Part shown: piece by piece, positions 17,558 through 25,569 of the stretch
How positions within the stretch are numbered: the stretch's first letter is position 1
How the letters are laid out: the number at the start of each line of letters is the position of its first letter
NCBI RefSeq assembly: GCF_001598795.1
Contig: NZ_BCZP01000006.1
Location: forward strand, 270,001 to 302,000
Length of the DNA: 32,000 nt
Source: Delftia acidovorans NBRC 14950
GTDB lineage: Bacteria; Pseudomonadota; Gammaproteobacteria; Burkholderiales; Burkholderiaceae_C
Reading direction: 5' to 3'
Made by a program: the position numbers and the translations under genes
Notes under the pieces: model-generated
Told to the model about the DNA's origin: nothing
The model's input: the letters and a program-made list of their open reading frames with translations, nothing else
The model's database searches: none

Positions 17558-19167
17558 GCGGACTCCATTCGCCAGCCCTGCGGCGACCACACCAGGCGGT
17601 CGGTCAGCCCGATGGCCTGCAGAAAATCCTCGTCATGCGAGACCACGACCAGCGTGCCGGCGTAGCCGCGCAGCATGGCCTCCAACGCCTGCAGGGAAGG
17701 CAGGTCCAGGTGGTTGCAGGGCTCGTCCAGCAGGAGCAGGGGCGCGGGCGGCTCGGCATGCAGCGCGCAGGCCAGGGCGGCCTTGAGCTGCTCGCCGCCG
17801 CTGAGCCGGCCCGCGGGCTGCTCCACCTGCCGGGCCGCCAGCCCGAGCCAGGCCAGGCGCGTGCGCAACACATCCACGGGGGTGCCGGGGCAGGCGTCCT
17901 GCAACTGCTCCATCACCGTGCGCCCGGGCTGCAACAGGGACAGGCGCTGGTCCAAGTAGGCACAGGCCTGCATGCGGCGCACCTCGCCCGCCTGGGGCGC
18001 AAGGCGGCCCGACAGCACATCCAGCAGGCGCGTCTTGCCGCAGCCGTTGGGACCGGTCACGGCCAGGCGCTGGCCGCCGTACAGAGACAGGTTCAGGCGC
18101 GGCCCCGTGGACAACGAAAACGGCAGCAGCACATCGTCCAGCAGCGCCACCACGTCGCAGGGAGCACCGGCCGGGGGCGGCGCCTGCATGCGGATGCCGG
18201 CCTGCAGGTCGATCTGGCGCGCCGCCTCGCGCACGCGCTGGTCCAGCGCCTCGCGCGTGTCTGCATGCTGGCGGCGCAGCCGGCCGGCCGACGCCTCGCT
18301 GCGCTCCTTTTGCCGGTCCAGCAGAATGCGCGCCTGGTTGGCCTCCTGGCCCTGGCGGCGGCCGCGCGCCTCGCGGCGCTGCTGGCGCTCCTGCTGCTCG
18401 CGCAGCTGCTGCGTTTCGCGGCGGCGCTCCAGCTTGCGCTGCTCCAGCAGTTGCACCGCCGAGGCCATCTCGCGCGCCTTGGCTTCGGCATAGAAGGCGT
18501 AGCCGCCGCCGTAGCTGCGCAGCCCCTGCGGCGACAGCTCCACGATGCGTTCCATGCCCTGCAGCAGACTGCGGTCATGGCTGACCACGACCAGGCCACC
18601 GGGCCAGCGCTGCAGTTGCGCGGCCAGGGCCTGGCGGCTTTCGCGGTCCAGGTGGTTGCTGGGCTCGTCCAGCACCAGATGGTCGGCGCCCGACAGCAGC
18701 GCGCCCGCCAGGGCCACGCGCATGGCCTCGCCGCCGCTGAGGGCGTGGCCCGGCGTATCGGCACGCAGATGGCCCAGGCCCGCCAGCTCCAGCTGGGCCT
18801 GCAGGCGCTGGCGCAGATCCCAGCGGTCGGCCAGCCGCTCGAAGTCCCGGGTATCGCAGCTGCCGCCCTCGATGCGCGCCAGCGCCTCCAGCGCGGGCTG
18901 CAGCCCGGCCAGCGCCGCCACCGAAGGCTGGTCGTGCCAGTCCGTGCGCTGGGCCAGGTACAGCACCTGCCCCGAGCGCAGGCAGCGGCCCTGCGAGGGC
19001 GCATCCAGCCCGGCCAGGATGCGCGCCAGCCGCGACTTGCCCACGCCGTTGCGCCCCACCAGGCCGGTGCGGCGGTGGTCGAGGGTTTCGGAAAGATCGG
19101 AGAAAAGGGGGCTGCCATCGGGCAGCACGCAGGAAACGCCGTCGAGCGTGATCGTGGTATTCGTCAT
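17554..19167 (-). CDS. ABC-F family ATPase (two ABC domains, charged Arg/Gln/Glu-rich inter-domain linker, no TM domain)
   Basis: Two Walker A sites (GRNGVGKSRL, GPNGCGKTRL), two signature motifs (LSGGEAMR, LSGGEQLK) and a linker rich in R/Q/E. The start is uncertain (19167, 19179 or 19215). I chose 19167 from the usual family N-terminus. Confidence 0.9.
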   Translation of the reverse strand: MTNTTITLDGVSCVLPDGSPLFSDLSETLDHRRTGLVGRNGVGKSRLARILAGLDAPSQGRCLRSGQVLYLAQRTDWHDQPSVAALAGLQPALEALARIEGGSCDTRDFERLADRWDLRQRLQAQLELAGLGHLRADTPGHALSGGEAMRVALAGALLSGADHLVLDEPSNHLDRESRQALAAQLQRWPGGLVVVSHDRSLLQGMERIVELSPQGLRSYGGGYAFYAEAKAREMASAVQLLEQRKLERRRETQQLREQQERQQRREARGRRQGQEANQARILLDRQKERSEASAGRLRRQHADTREALDQRVREAARQIDLQAGIRMQAPPPAGAPCDVVALLDDVLLPFSLSTGPRLNLSLYGGQRLAVTGPNGCGKTRLLDVLSGRLAPQAGEVRRMQACAYLDQRLSLLQPGRTVMEQLQDACPGTPVDVLRTRLAWLGLAARQVEQPAGRLSGGEQLKAALACALHAEPPAPLLLLDEPCNHLDLPSLQALEAMLRGYAGTLVVVSHDEDFLQAIGLTDRLVWSPQGWRMESA

Positions 19168-19318
19168 ATCGCAGTTCATGGATGCCAACGCAGTTCCTTG
19201 CCGCTTTGCATGCATTGCGCGTGCGGTGGGCAGGGTCGGGAAAAGCGGGCCGCTGGGACAGCGGCAGCATCAATGGCGCATGGGACGAATACCTCCTGCA
19301 ATGGCGAACGAAACCGCC

Positions 19319-19324
19319 ATTATA
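19319..19324 (-). promoter_or_regulatory. Candidate -10 hexamer (perfect TATAAT) upstream of the ABC-F gene
   Basis: The minus strand reads TATAAT, about 150 nt upstream of the ABC-F start. The -35 is poor (cagcat, 17-nt spacer). Confidence 0.3.
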
Positions 19325-19553
19325 GAAATCATGGGACGGACATGCTGGCCGTGCCGGAGGGGGCGCCACCGGCGCCATCGGCGCCAAGGGGGCCGGCATG
19401 CGCACCTGCGTTTGCACGCGGCGGCTCGGGTCCGGTGGGCCCGGCCTGCCGCTTAGGGGCTGCAGGCGCCGATGGCGCGCAAGGGTTTGAAGACTGTGCC
19501 GGCGGGCGGCCCTGAAAGCACAGGGCGTTGAGCGCGATCCAGAGAGGCATGGT

Positions 19554-22500
19554 TCAGGTTCCGGGGTCGGCAGCGGGCGGCGGCCGGCGCGCGCTGCCGC
19601 GCGGCCCGGCGATGCGCCGCTGCCATTCAAGGACGAAGACGAAGAAGACGGGCACGAAGAACACGGCCAGCACCGTGCCGCTGACCATGCCGCCGAACAC
19701 GCCCGTGCCGATGGCGTGCTGGGTCTCGGCGCTGGCGCCCGATGCCAGCATCAGCGGCACCACGCCCAGCGCAAAGGCCAGCGAGGTCATGAGGATGGGC
19801 CGCAGCCGCAGGCGCGCGGCCTTGATGGCGGCCTCGCGCAGGTCCTGGCCTTCCTCGCGCAGTTGCTTGGCGAACTCCACGATCAGGATGGCGTTCTTGG
19901 CCGACAGGCCGATGATGGTGATCAGCCCCACCTTGAAGAACACATCGTTGGGCATGCCGCGCAGCAGCACGGCCGCCACCGCGCCCAGCAGGCCCAGGGG
20001 CACGACCAGCATCACCGACAGCGGGATGGACCAGCTCTCGTACAGCGCGGCCAGCACCAGGAAGACCACCAGCATGGACAGGGCCATGAGCAGCGGCGCC
20101 TGCGCGGCCGACTGGCGCTCCTGCAGCGACTGGCCGGTCCAGGCCACGGCAAAGCCGGGCGGCAGCTGGGCCGCCAGCCGCTCCATCTCGGCCATGGCCG
20201 CGCCGCTGGACGTGCCGGGCGCAGGCGTGCCCGAGATGCGCGACGCCAGGAAGCCCTGGTAGCGCACCAGCTGCAGCGGCGTCTCCGACCACACGGGCGT
20301 GGCGAACTCGGCCAGGGGCACCATGCCGCCCGAGGCATTGCGCACATTCAGCCGGAGCACGTCATCGACCTGCATGCGCGCGGGCGCGTCGGCCTGCACG
20401 ATGACCTGCTGCATGCGTCCGGCGTTGGGGAAGTCGTTGACGTACAGCGAGCCCATGGCCGTGGACAGCGTCTCGCTGATGGCGGCAAAGCCCACGCCCA
20501 GGGCCTGGGCCTTCTGGCGGTCGATCTCCAGCCGCACGCTGGTACCCGAGGGCAGGCTGTCCTGGTAGGCCGAGCCCAGCACGCTGCTGCTGCCGGCCAG
20601 CGTCAGCAACTGGTCGGTGGCCGACTTGAGCGCGGCATGGCCCTGGCCCGTGCGGTCCTGCAGGTACATGGTGAAGCCCGAGGAGGTGCCCAGCTCGTCG
20701 ATGGCCGGGGGCTGCAGCACCATGATGGCGCCCTCGGGCGCGTGTTCCATGGCCTTTTGCGCGAGCGAGACTTCCTCGCCCGCCGTGGCGCCGTCGCGCT
20801 GGTCCCAGTCCTTGAGCGTGGTGAAGGCCATGGCCGCGTTCGGGCCCGAGCCCGCGAAGCTGAAGCCCAGCACCGAGATGCTGGAGGCGATGCCGGGGCG
20901 CTGCGCCACATGCTCCTCATAGCGCTTGACCACGTCCAGCGTGCGCTCGGCCGTGGCATCGGCCGGCAGCTGGATGGACGCCATGAAGTAGCCCTGGTCC
21001 TCCTCGGGCAGAAAGGCCGAGGGCAGCTGGCGCAGCGCAAACACCAGGATGGCCACGATGGCCGCGAACAGCAGCATCATGCGGCCCGTGCGCCGGACCA
21101 GGCCCGTGACATGGGCCTCGTAGCGGTTCGTCAGCCGCTCGAAGCCGCGGTTGAACCAGCCGAAGAAGCCCTTCTTCTCGTGGTGGCCCGCCGCCACCGG
21201 CTTGAGCAAGGTGGCGCACAGCGCCGGCGTCAGGCTCAGGGCCAGGAAGGCCGAGAACAGGATGGACACGGCCATGGACAGCGTGAACTGCTGGTAGATC
21301 ACGCCCACCGAGCCGCTGGCGAACGCCATGGGAATGAACACCGCCGTCAGCACCAGGGTGATGCCGACGATGGCGCCCGTGATCTCCTTCATGGCCTTGA
21401 GCGTGGCATCGCGCGGCGACAGGCCTTCCTCGGCCATGAGGCGCTCCACGTTCTCCACCACGACGATGGCGTCGTCCACGATGATGCCGATGGCCAGCAC
21501 CATGCCGAACATGGTCAGCACGTTGATGGAAAAGCCCGCCACCAGCATCACGGCGAAGGTGCCCAGCAGCGCCACGGGCGCCACGATGGCCGGGATCAGC
21601 GTGTAGCGCAGGTTCTGCAGGAACAGGTACATCACCAGGAAGACCAGCACCATGGCCTCGACCAGGGTCTGCACCACCTTCTCGATGGAGATCTTGACGA
21701 AGGGCGCGGTATTGAACGAGATGGTGTGCTCCATGCCCCTCGGCAGGATGGAGGCCAGCTCGGCCATGCGCTTTTGCACGGCGGCGGCCGTGCGCACGGC
21801 ATTGGCGCCCGGCGACAGCTGCACGGCGGCGCTGGTGGCGGGCTTGCCATCCTCGCGGTTGGAGAAGGCATAGGACTGCGCGCCCAGCTCCACGCGCGCC
21901 ACGTCGCCCAGCACCAGGCGGGAGCCGTCGGCATGGGCGCGCAGCACGATGGCCGCGAACTGCTCGGGCGAGGTCAGCTGGCCCTGCACGGTGAGCGGCG
22001 TGGTCACGCGCTGGCCCGGGGCGATGGGCGCATCGCCCACGCGGCCCGGGGCGATCTGCATGTTCTGCTGCTGGATGGCCTGGGTGAGGTCGCCCATGGA
22101 CAGCCCGTAGGAGATCAGCTTGGCCGGATCGACCCAGACGCGCATGGCGCGCTCGGTGCCGAACAGCTGCACGCGGCCCACGCCCTCGATGCGCCGCAGT
22201 TCCTCGACGATATTGCGCGCCATGTAGTCATTGAGTGCCAGCTCGTCGAACTCGCCGCCCGGCGAGATCAGGCCCACCAGCAGCAGAAAGCTCGACGTGG
22301 CCGACTCCACCTGCAGGCCGTTCTGGCGCACGGCCTGCGGCAGGCGCGGCTCCACGGCCTTGATGCGGTTTTGCACATCCACCTGGGCCAGCTCGGGGTT
22401 GGTGCCAGGTTTGAAGGTGGCCTTGATCTCGGCCGAGCCCGAGGTGTCCACCGAGGACTCGAAGTACAGCAGGTGGCGGACGCTGGACAGCTCGCGCTCG

Positions 22501-22694
22501 ATCAGCGAGACCACGGAATCATTGAGCGTCTTGGGCGTGGCACCCGGATAGGTGGCATACAGGCTCACCGTGGGCGGCGCCACCGTGGGATAGCGCGAGA
22601 TCGGCAATTGCGGAATGGCAAGCACACCCAGCAGCACGATGAACAACGCGATGACCCAGGCAAAGACGGGCCGGTGAATGAAGAACTGTGGCAT
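19554..22694 (-). CDS. RND efflux permease, HAE1 (AcrB/AcrD/MexB-like) family
   Basis: MPQFFIHRPVFAWVIALFIVLLG N-terminus. Length 1046 aa with the 12-TM, two-large-loop architecture typical of AcrB. Confidence 0.95.
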   Translation of the reverse strand: MPQFFIHRPVFAWVIALFIVLLGVLAIPQLPISRYPTVAPPTVSLYATYPGATPKTLNDSVVSLIERELSSVRHLLYFESSVDTSGSAEIKATFKPGTNPELAQVDVQNRIKAVEPRLPQAVRQNGLQVESATSSFLLLVGLISPGGEFDELALNDYMARNIVEELRRIEGVGRVQLFGTERAMRVWVDPAKLISYGLSMGDLTQAIQQQNMQIAPGRVGDAPIAPGQRVTTPLTVQGQLTSPEQFAAIVLRAHADGSRLVLGDVARVELGAQSYAFSNREDGKPATSAAVQLSPGANAVRTAAAVQKRMAELASILPRGMEHTISFNTAPFVKISIEKVVQTLVEAMVLVFLVMYLFLQNLRYTLIPAIVAPVALLGTFAVMLVAGFSINVLTMFGMVLAIGIIVDDAIVVVENVERLMAEEGLSPRDATLKAMKEITGAIVGITLVLTAVFIPMAFASGSVGVIYQQFTLSMAVSILFSAFLALSLTPALCATLLKPVAAGHHEKKGFFGWFNRGFERLTNRYEAHVTGLVRRTGRMMLLFAAIVAILVFALRQLPSAFLPEEDQGYFMASIQLPADATAERTLDVVKRYEEHVAQRPGIASSISVLGFSFAGSGPNAAMAFTTLKDWDQRDGATAGEEVSLAQKAMEHAPEGAIMVLQPPAIDELGTSSGFTMYLQDRTGQGHAALKSATDQLLTLAGSSSVLGSAYQDSLPSGTSVRLEIDRQKAQALGVGFAAISETLSTAMGSLYVNDFPNAGRMQQVIVQADAPARMQVDDVLRLNVRNASGGMVPLAEFATPVWSETPLQLVRYQGFLASRISGTPAPGTSSGAAMAEMERLAAQLPPGFAVAWTGQSLQERQSAAQAPLLMALSMLVVFLVLAALYESWSIPLSVMLVVPLGLLGAVAAVLLRGMPNDVFFKVGLITIIGLSAKNAILIVEFAKQLREEGQDLREAAIKAARLRLRPILMTSLAFALGVVPLMLASGASAETQHAIGTGVFGGMVSGTVLAVFFVPVFFVFVLEWQRRIAGPRGSARRPPPAADPGT

Positions 22695-23077
22695 GGACGC
22701 GAGGTCTGGTTTTCAATGCACGCCAGGGCGCGCTGCGGAAAAAATACGGCGCCTGGCGCCGATACATCTGAGGGGCCATCCGGATGCAAATCCAGATTGC
22801 CAGGAGGCATGGGGATGGAGGAAACTCCTGCCGGTGCGGCTTCGGCCTGCGGCGTGTTGCCGCCAGGGCCATTCATCCATGGAGCCGCTGCAAAGCTAAC
22901 AGCTCTCCCACCCGCTCATACGGCATTGCCGCTGTGACTTCATATTCAGGGATTTGTTTCGCATGCCGGCCAATTGCGGCGGCACAGGGAAACAGCTTGC
23001 GTTCTTTCGATGGCATTTCGGCCCGGGAAATGTGGAAGAACGATGGAGATGAACACAGCCCCCGCCGCGACCCCAAA

Positions 23078-23812
23078 ATGGCTTCTATCATTGCCCAGCC
23101 CTTGCCTTTCCAGCCATCGACATCGCTCATCCTCGTTGCCGAGGACGAGCCCGAGATCGCAGACATCCTGTGCGCCTACCTGGCCCGCAGCGACCTGCGC
23201 ACCGTGCATGCCGCCGATGGCCAGCAGGCCCTTGAACTGCACCACCACTTGAAACCCGATCTCGTTCTTCTCGACGTGCAGATGCCACGCCTCGACGGCT
23301 GGCAGGTGCTGTCCGAAATCCGCCGGCGCGGCGACACGCCCGTCATCATGCTCACCGCCCTCAACCAGGACGTGGACAAGCTCATCGGCCTGCGCATTGG
23401 CGCGGACGACTACGTGGGCAAGCCCTTCAACGCGGCCGAGGTCGTGGCGCGCGTGCAGGCCGTGCTGCGCCGCTGCGGCCAGGGCCGGCTCCGCGATACC
23501 AAGCTGCTGCAGGCCGGCCCCTTTCGCGTGGACCTGGACAGCCGCGAGGTCAGCGTGCAGGTGCAGGGCGCCACGCATGTGCCCGAACTCACCGTGACCG
23601 AATTCAACCTGCTGGCCAGCCTGGTGCGTTCGCCCCGGCGCGTGTTCAGCCGCGCCGAGCTGCTGCTGAGCTGCCTGCCCGAAGGCCACACGCTGGAGCG
23701 CACCGTGGACAGCCACATCAGCAAGCTGCGCAAGAAGCTCGAAGGCCTGGGCCTGCAGGGCATGCCCGACAGCGTGCGCAGCGTGGGCTACCGGCTGGGG
23801 ATGGACCCATGA
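23078..23812 (+). CDS. OmpR/PhoB-family response regulator
   Basis: Receiver domain (ILVAEDEP, LVLLDVQMPRLDG, MLTA, GADDYVGKPF) and winged-helix output domain (LTVTEFNLL..VDSHISKLRKKL..VGYRL). The start is chosen at MASII; the ATG at 23030 is also possible. Confidence 0.9.
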   Translation: MASIIAQPLPFQPSTSLILVAEDEPEIADILCAYLARSDLRTVHAADGQQALELHHHLKPDLVLLDVQMPRLDGWQVLSEIRRRGDTPVIMLTALNQDVDKLIGLRIGADDYVGKPFNAAEVVARVQAVLRRCGQGRLRDTKLLQAGPFRVDLDSREVSVQVQGATHVPELTVTEFNLLASLVRSPRRVFSRAELLLSCLPEGHTLERTVDSHISKLRKKLEGLGLQGMPDSVRSVGYRLGMDP

Positions 23813-24882
23813 GCGCAGCGGCCGGGCTGCGCCGGCAGGTGGTGCTGACCATGTCGGCCGTCACGCTGGCCGTGGTGGTGCTGTGCGTGCTGGGCTCGTA
23901 CGCCTTCTATGCGCTGCTGCTGACCTTTCACCCGGCCAGCGTCTCCGACGGCTGGATGCCCTCCAGCGTGGAGCTGGCCTGGGTGCTGCTGACCCTGGTG
24001 GTGGCCATGCTGATTGCCATCTTCGTGGCCACGCGGCTGTCGCGGCGCATCCTGCCCTCGCTGGACTCGGTGGCCATCAGCCTGCGCCAGCTGGCCGAGG
24101 GCGACCTGTCGGCGCGCGCCAGCACGGACGACAGCGCGCTGCACGAGGCCGCGCAGCTGGTGCACGACTTCAACAGCCTGGCCCGGCGCCTGGAAGGCAT
24201 GGCGCAGGAGCGCGCCTTCTGGAGCGCGGCCATCGCCCATGAGCTGCGCACGCCCGTGACCATCCTCAGCGGGCGGCTGCAGGGCCTGTCCGACGGCGTC
24301 TTCCTGCCCAGCAAGGACATGCTGGCCAGCCTGATGACCCAGGTCGAGGGGCTGACCCGCCTGATCGACGACCTGCGCCTGCTGGGCCTGCAGGAAAACG
24401 GCCATCTGCAACTGCAGCTGCGCCAGACCTGCCTGGCCGGCGAGGTGCGCTCGGTGGCCCTGGCCGTGGGACCGGCGCTGGAGCAGGCCGGCCTGCAGCT
24501 GGCGATGGAGCTCGATGACCAGCCCGTGGTCTGCGACCCCGTGCGCATACGCCAGGCCCTGCTGGCCCTGCTGGAAAACGCCATGCAATATGCCCAGCCC
24601 GGCCCCCTGCTGGTGGCCGCGCGCGTGCGCCACGGCCTGTGCACCGTGCGCGTGGAAGACAGCGGCCCCGGCGTGGCGGCGGACCTTGCGCCGCGCATCT
24701 TCGACGCTTTCCAGCGCGGTGAAGGCGCCCGCAGCCGAAGGAATGCCAGCGTGGGTGCAGGCAACGGCAGCGGACTGGGCCTGGCCGTGGTGCAGGCCAT
24801 TGCCCAGGCCCATGGCGGGCGGGCGCAGTGCCTGCAGGGCGAGCGTGGCGGCGCGCTGTTCGAGCTGAGCTGGCCGGCCTGA
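23809..24882 (+). CDS. Sensor histidine kinase (2 TM, ~17-aa external loop, HAMP, HisKA, HATPase)
   Basis: ATGA overlap with the response-regulator stop. H-box AIAHELRTPVT, N-box LLENAMQYA, G1 VEDSGPGV and G2 GSGLGLAVV. Confidence 0.9.
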   Translation: MSAAAGLRRQVVLTMSAVTLAVVVLCVLGSYAFYALLLTFHPASVSDGWMPSSVELAWVLLTLVVAMLIAIFVATRLSRRILPSLDSVAISLRQLAEGDLSARASTDDSALHEAAQLVHDFNSLARRLEGMAQERAFWSAAIAHELRTPVTILSGRLQGLSDGVFLPSKDMLASLMTQVEGLTRLIDDLRLLGLQENGHLQLQLRQTCLAGEVRSVALAVGPALEQAGLQLAMELDDQPVVCDPVRIRQALLALLENAMQYAQPGPLLVAARVRHGLCTVRVEDSGPGVAADLAPRIFDAFQRGEGARSRRNASVGAGNGSGLGLAVVQAIAQAHGGRAQCLQGERGGALFELSWPA

Positions 24883-24900
24883 CCTCTTCAGAGCCGCAGA

Positions 24901-25569
24901 TCAGCCTGCGAAATCATCGGCCCGCACATGGCGTGCGTCCCAGGCGGCGGCCAGCGCAGCGGCCCGGCCCAGGCGCACGCGGCCTGATTCAAAGTCCACG
25001 ATGCCTGCCTCCTGGGCCGCCGCAGGCCGCGCGGGCCGCTCGCGCGTTCGGCCGTCGGTGAGCACCCACAGCCAGCCCTGGCAGGAGGCATCTGCGCCGC
25101 AATGGCGCTGCAGCAACTGGCCCGCCTGCTCCACGGCCGCCTGCAGCGGCGTGCCGCCGCCTCCGCCAATGGGAGCGATCCAGTCGTCATTCCAGGCCGC
25201 TGCCTTGCGCGGCGGCAGGCGCAACTCCACGCGCGTGCCCGCAAAGCAGATCAGCGCCACCTGCTCGCGGCGGCGGTAGGCCTCTTCCATCAGCGACAGC
25301 AGCACGCCCTTGGCCCGCGCCAGTGCGCCACTGCCGGCCATGGAGGCCGAGCAATCGAGCACAAAGCAATGCAGCCGCGTGGCCTGTGGCGGCTCACGGC
25401 GGCGCTGCAGATGTTCGGGTGCCAGCGCCTGGGCGCCGCGTGCGGCCAGCGTGCGCGGCCAGTCCCAGCTGCCGGTGGCCTGCCCGCCTTGCGCCTGGGC
25501 CAGCCGGGGCTGGCCCGCCCCCGCAGCCCTTGCCTGTGGCGCGGGGCCGCGGGGGCTCAGGCTTTTTTT
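24901..25569 (-). CDS. chlD: vWA/MIDAS domain of a ChlD-type medium chelatase subunit. It is encoded in the -1 frame with no plausible start codon of its own, so it is probably expressed as a 598-aa fusion with 25563-26696.
   Basis: The MIDAS motif is complete: DCSAS ... GGGTPL ... LTDGR. The frame is open from 25665, but the first ATG/GTG/TTG is the GTG at 25362, inside beta-strand 1 (LHCFVLDCSASM). Confidence 0.7.
   Translation of the reverse strand, partial: KKSLSPRGPAPQARAAGAGQPRLAQAQGGQATGSWDWPRTLAARGAQALAPEHLQRRREPPQATRLHCFVLDCSASMAGSGALARAKGVLLSLMEEAYRRREQVALICFAGTRVELRLPPRKAAAWNDDWIAPIGGGGGTPLQAAVEQAGQLLQRHCGADASCQGWLWVLTDGRTRERPARPAAAQEAGIVDFESGRVRLGRAAALAAAWDARHVRADDFAG
25517..25556 (-). 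promoter_or_regulatory. Stimulatory stem-loop 6 nt downstream of the heptamer
   Basis: GCCCCCGCGGCCC (25556-25544) pairs with GGGCUGCGGGGGC (25529-25517). That is 13 bp with one G-U pair and a 14-nt loop. Confidence 0.6.

Noticed and set aside
16724-17590. N-terminal 289-aa extension of the 839-aa ORF on the minus strand (15071-17590).
   Set aside because: The extension is antisense to the well-supported CRP-family gene and has a low-complexity composition. The recognisable cyclase protein begins naturally at MARVPHP (ATG 16723), just before the first TM helix.
19716-22937. Very long ORFs antisense to clearly identifiable genes. Examples: 19716-22937 (+, 1073 aa), 28037-30820 (+, 927 aa), 7122-9158 (+), 17635-19515 (+), 3309-4730 (+), 4576-6258 (+), 15101-16735 (+), 9686-11113 (-) and 12051-13265 (-).
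   Set aside because: They are mirror-frame ORFs of the kind expected in ~68% GC DNA, where stop codons are rare. Their translations are Arg/Gly/Ala/His/Gln-rich low-complexity strings with no recognisable motifs. The opposite strand encodes proteins with unambiguous family signatures.
22695-23077. Looked for a degraded adaptor (MFP) gene or pseudogene upstream of the RND permease.
   Set aside because: None of the six-frame translations of this 383-nt gap resembles a periplasmic adaptor. The region looks like an ordinary divergent promoter region.
22784-23077. Upstream extension of the response regulator ORF (start at 22784), and similar extensions at 9818, 10968, 8762 and 16784.
   Set aside because: The extensions add non-homologous low-complexity sequence ahead of well-defined family N-termini, or overlap the upstream gene. 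Internal ATGs give products of canonical length, some with a Shine-Dalgarno or stop/start junction.
25360-25362. GTG at 25362 as an independent start for a 153-aa vWA protein, as given by the ORF track.
   Set aside because: It lies inside the first beta-strand, immediately before the MIDAS DxSxS motif. The same frame stays open and vWA/ChlD-like for about 300 nt further upstream without any start codon. A frameshift or fusion explains the data better.
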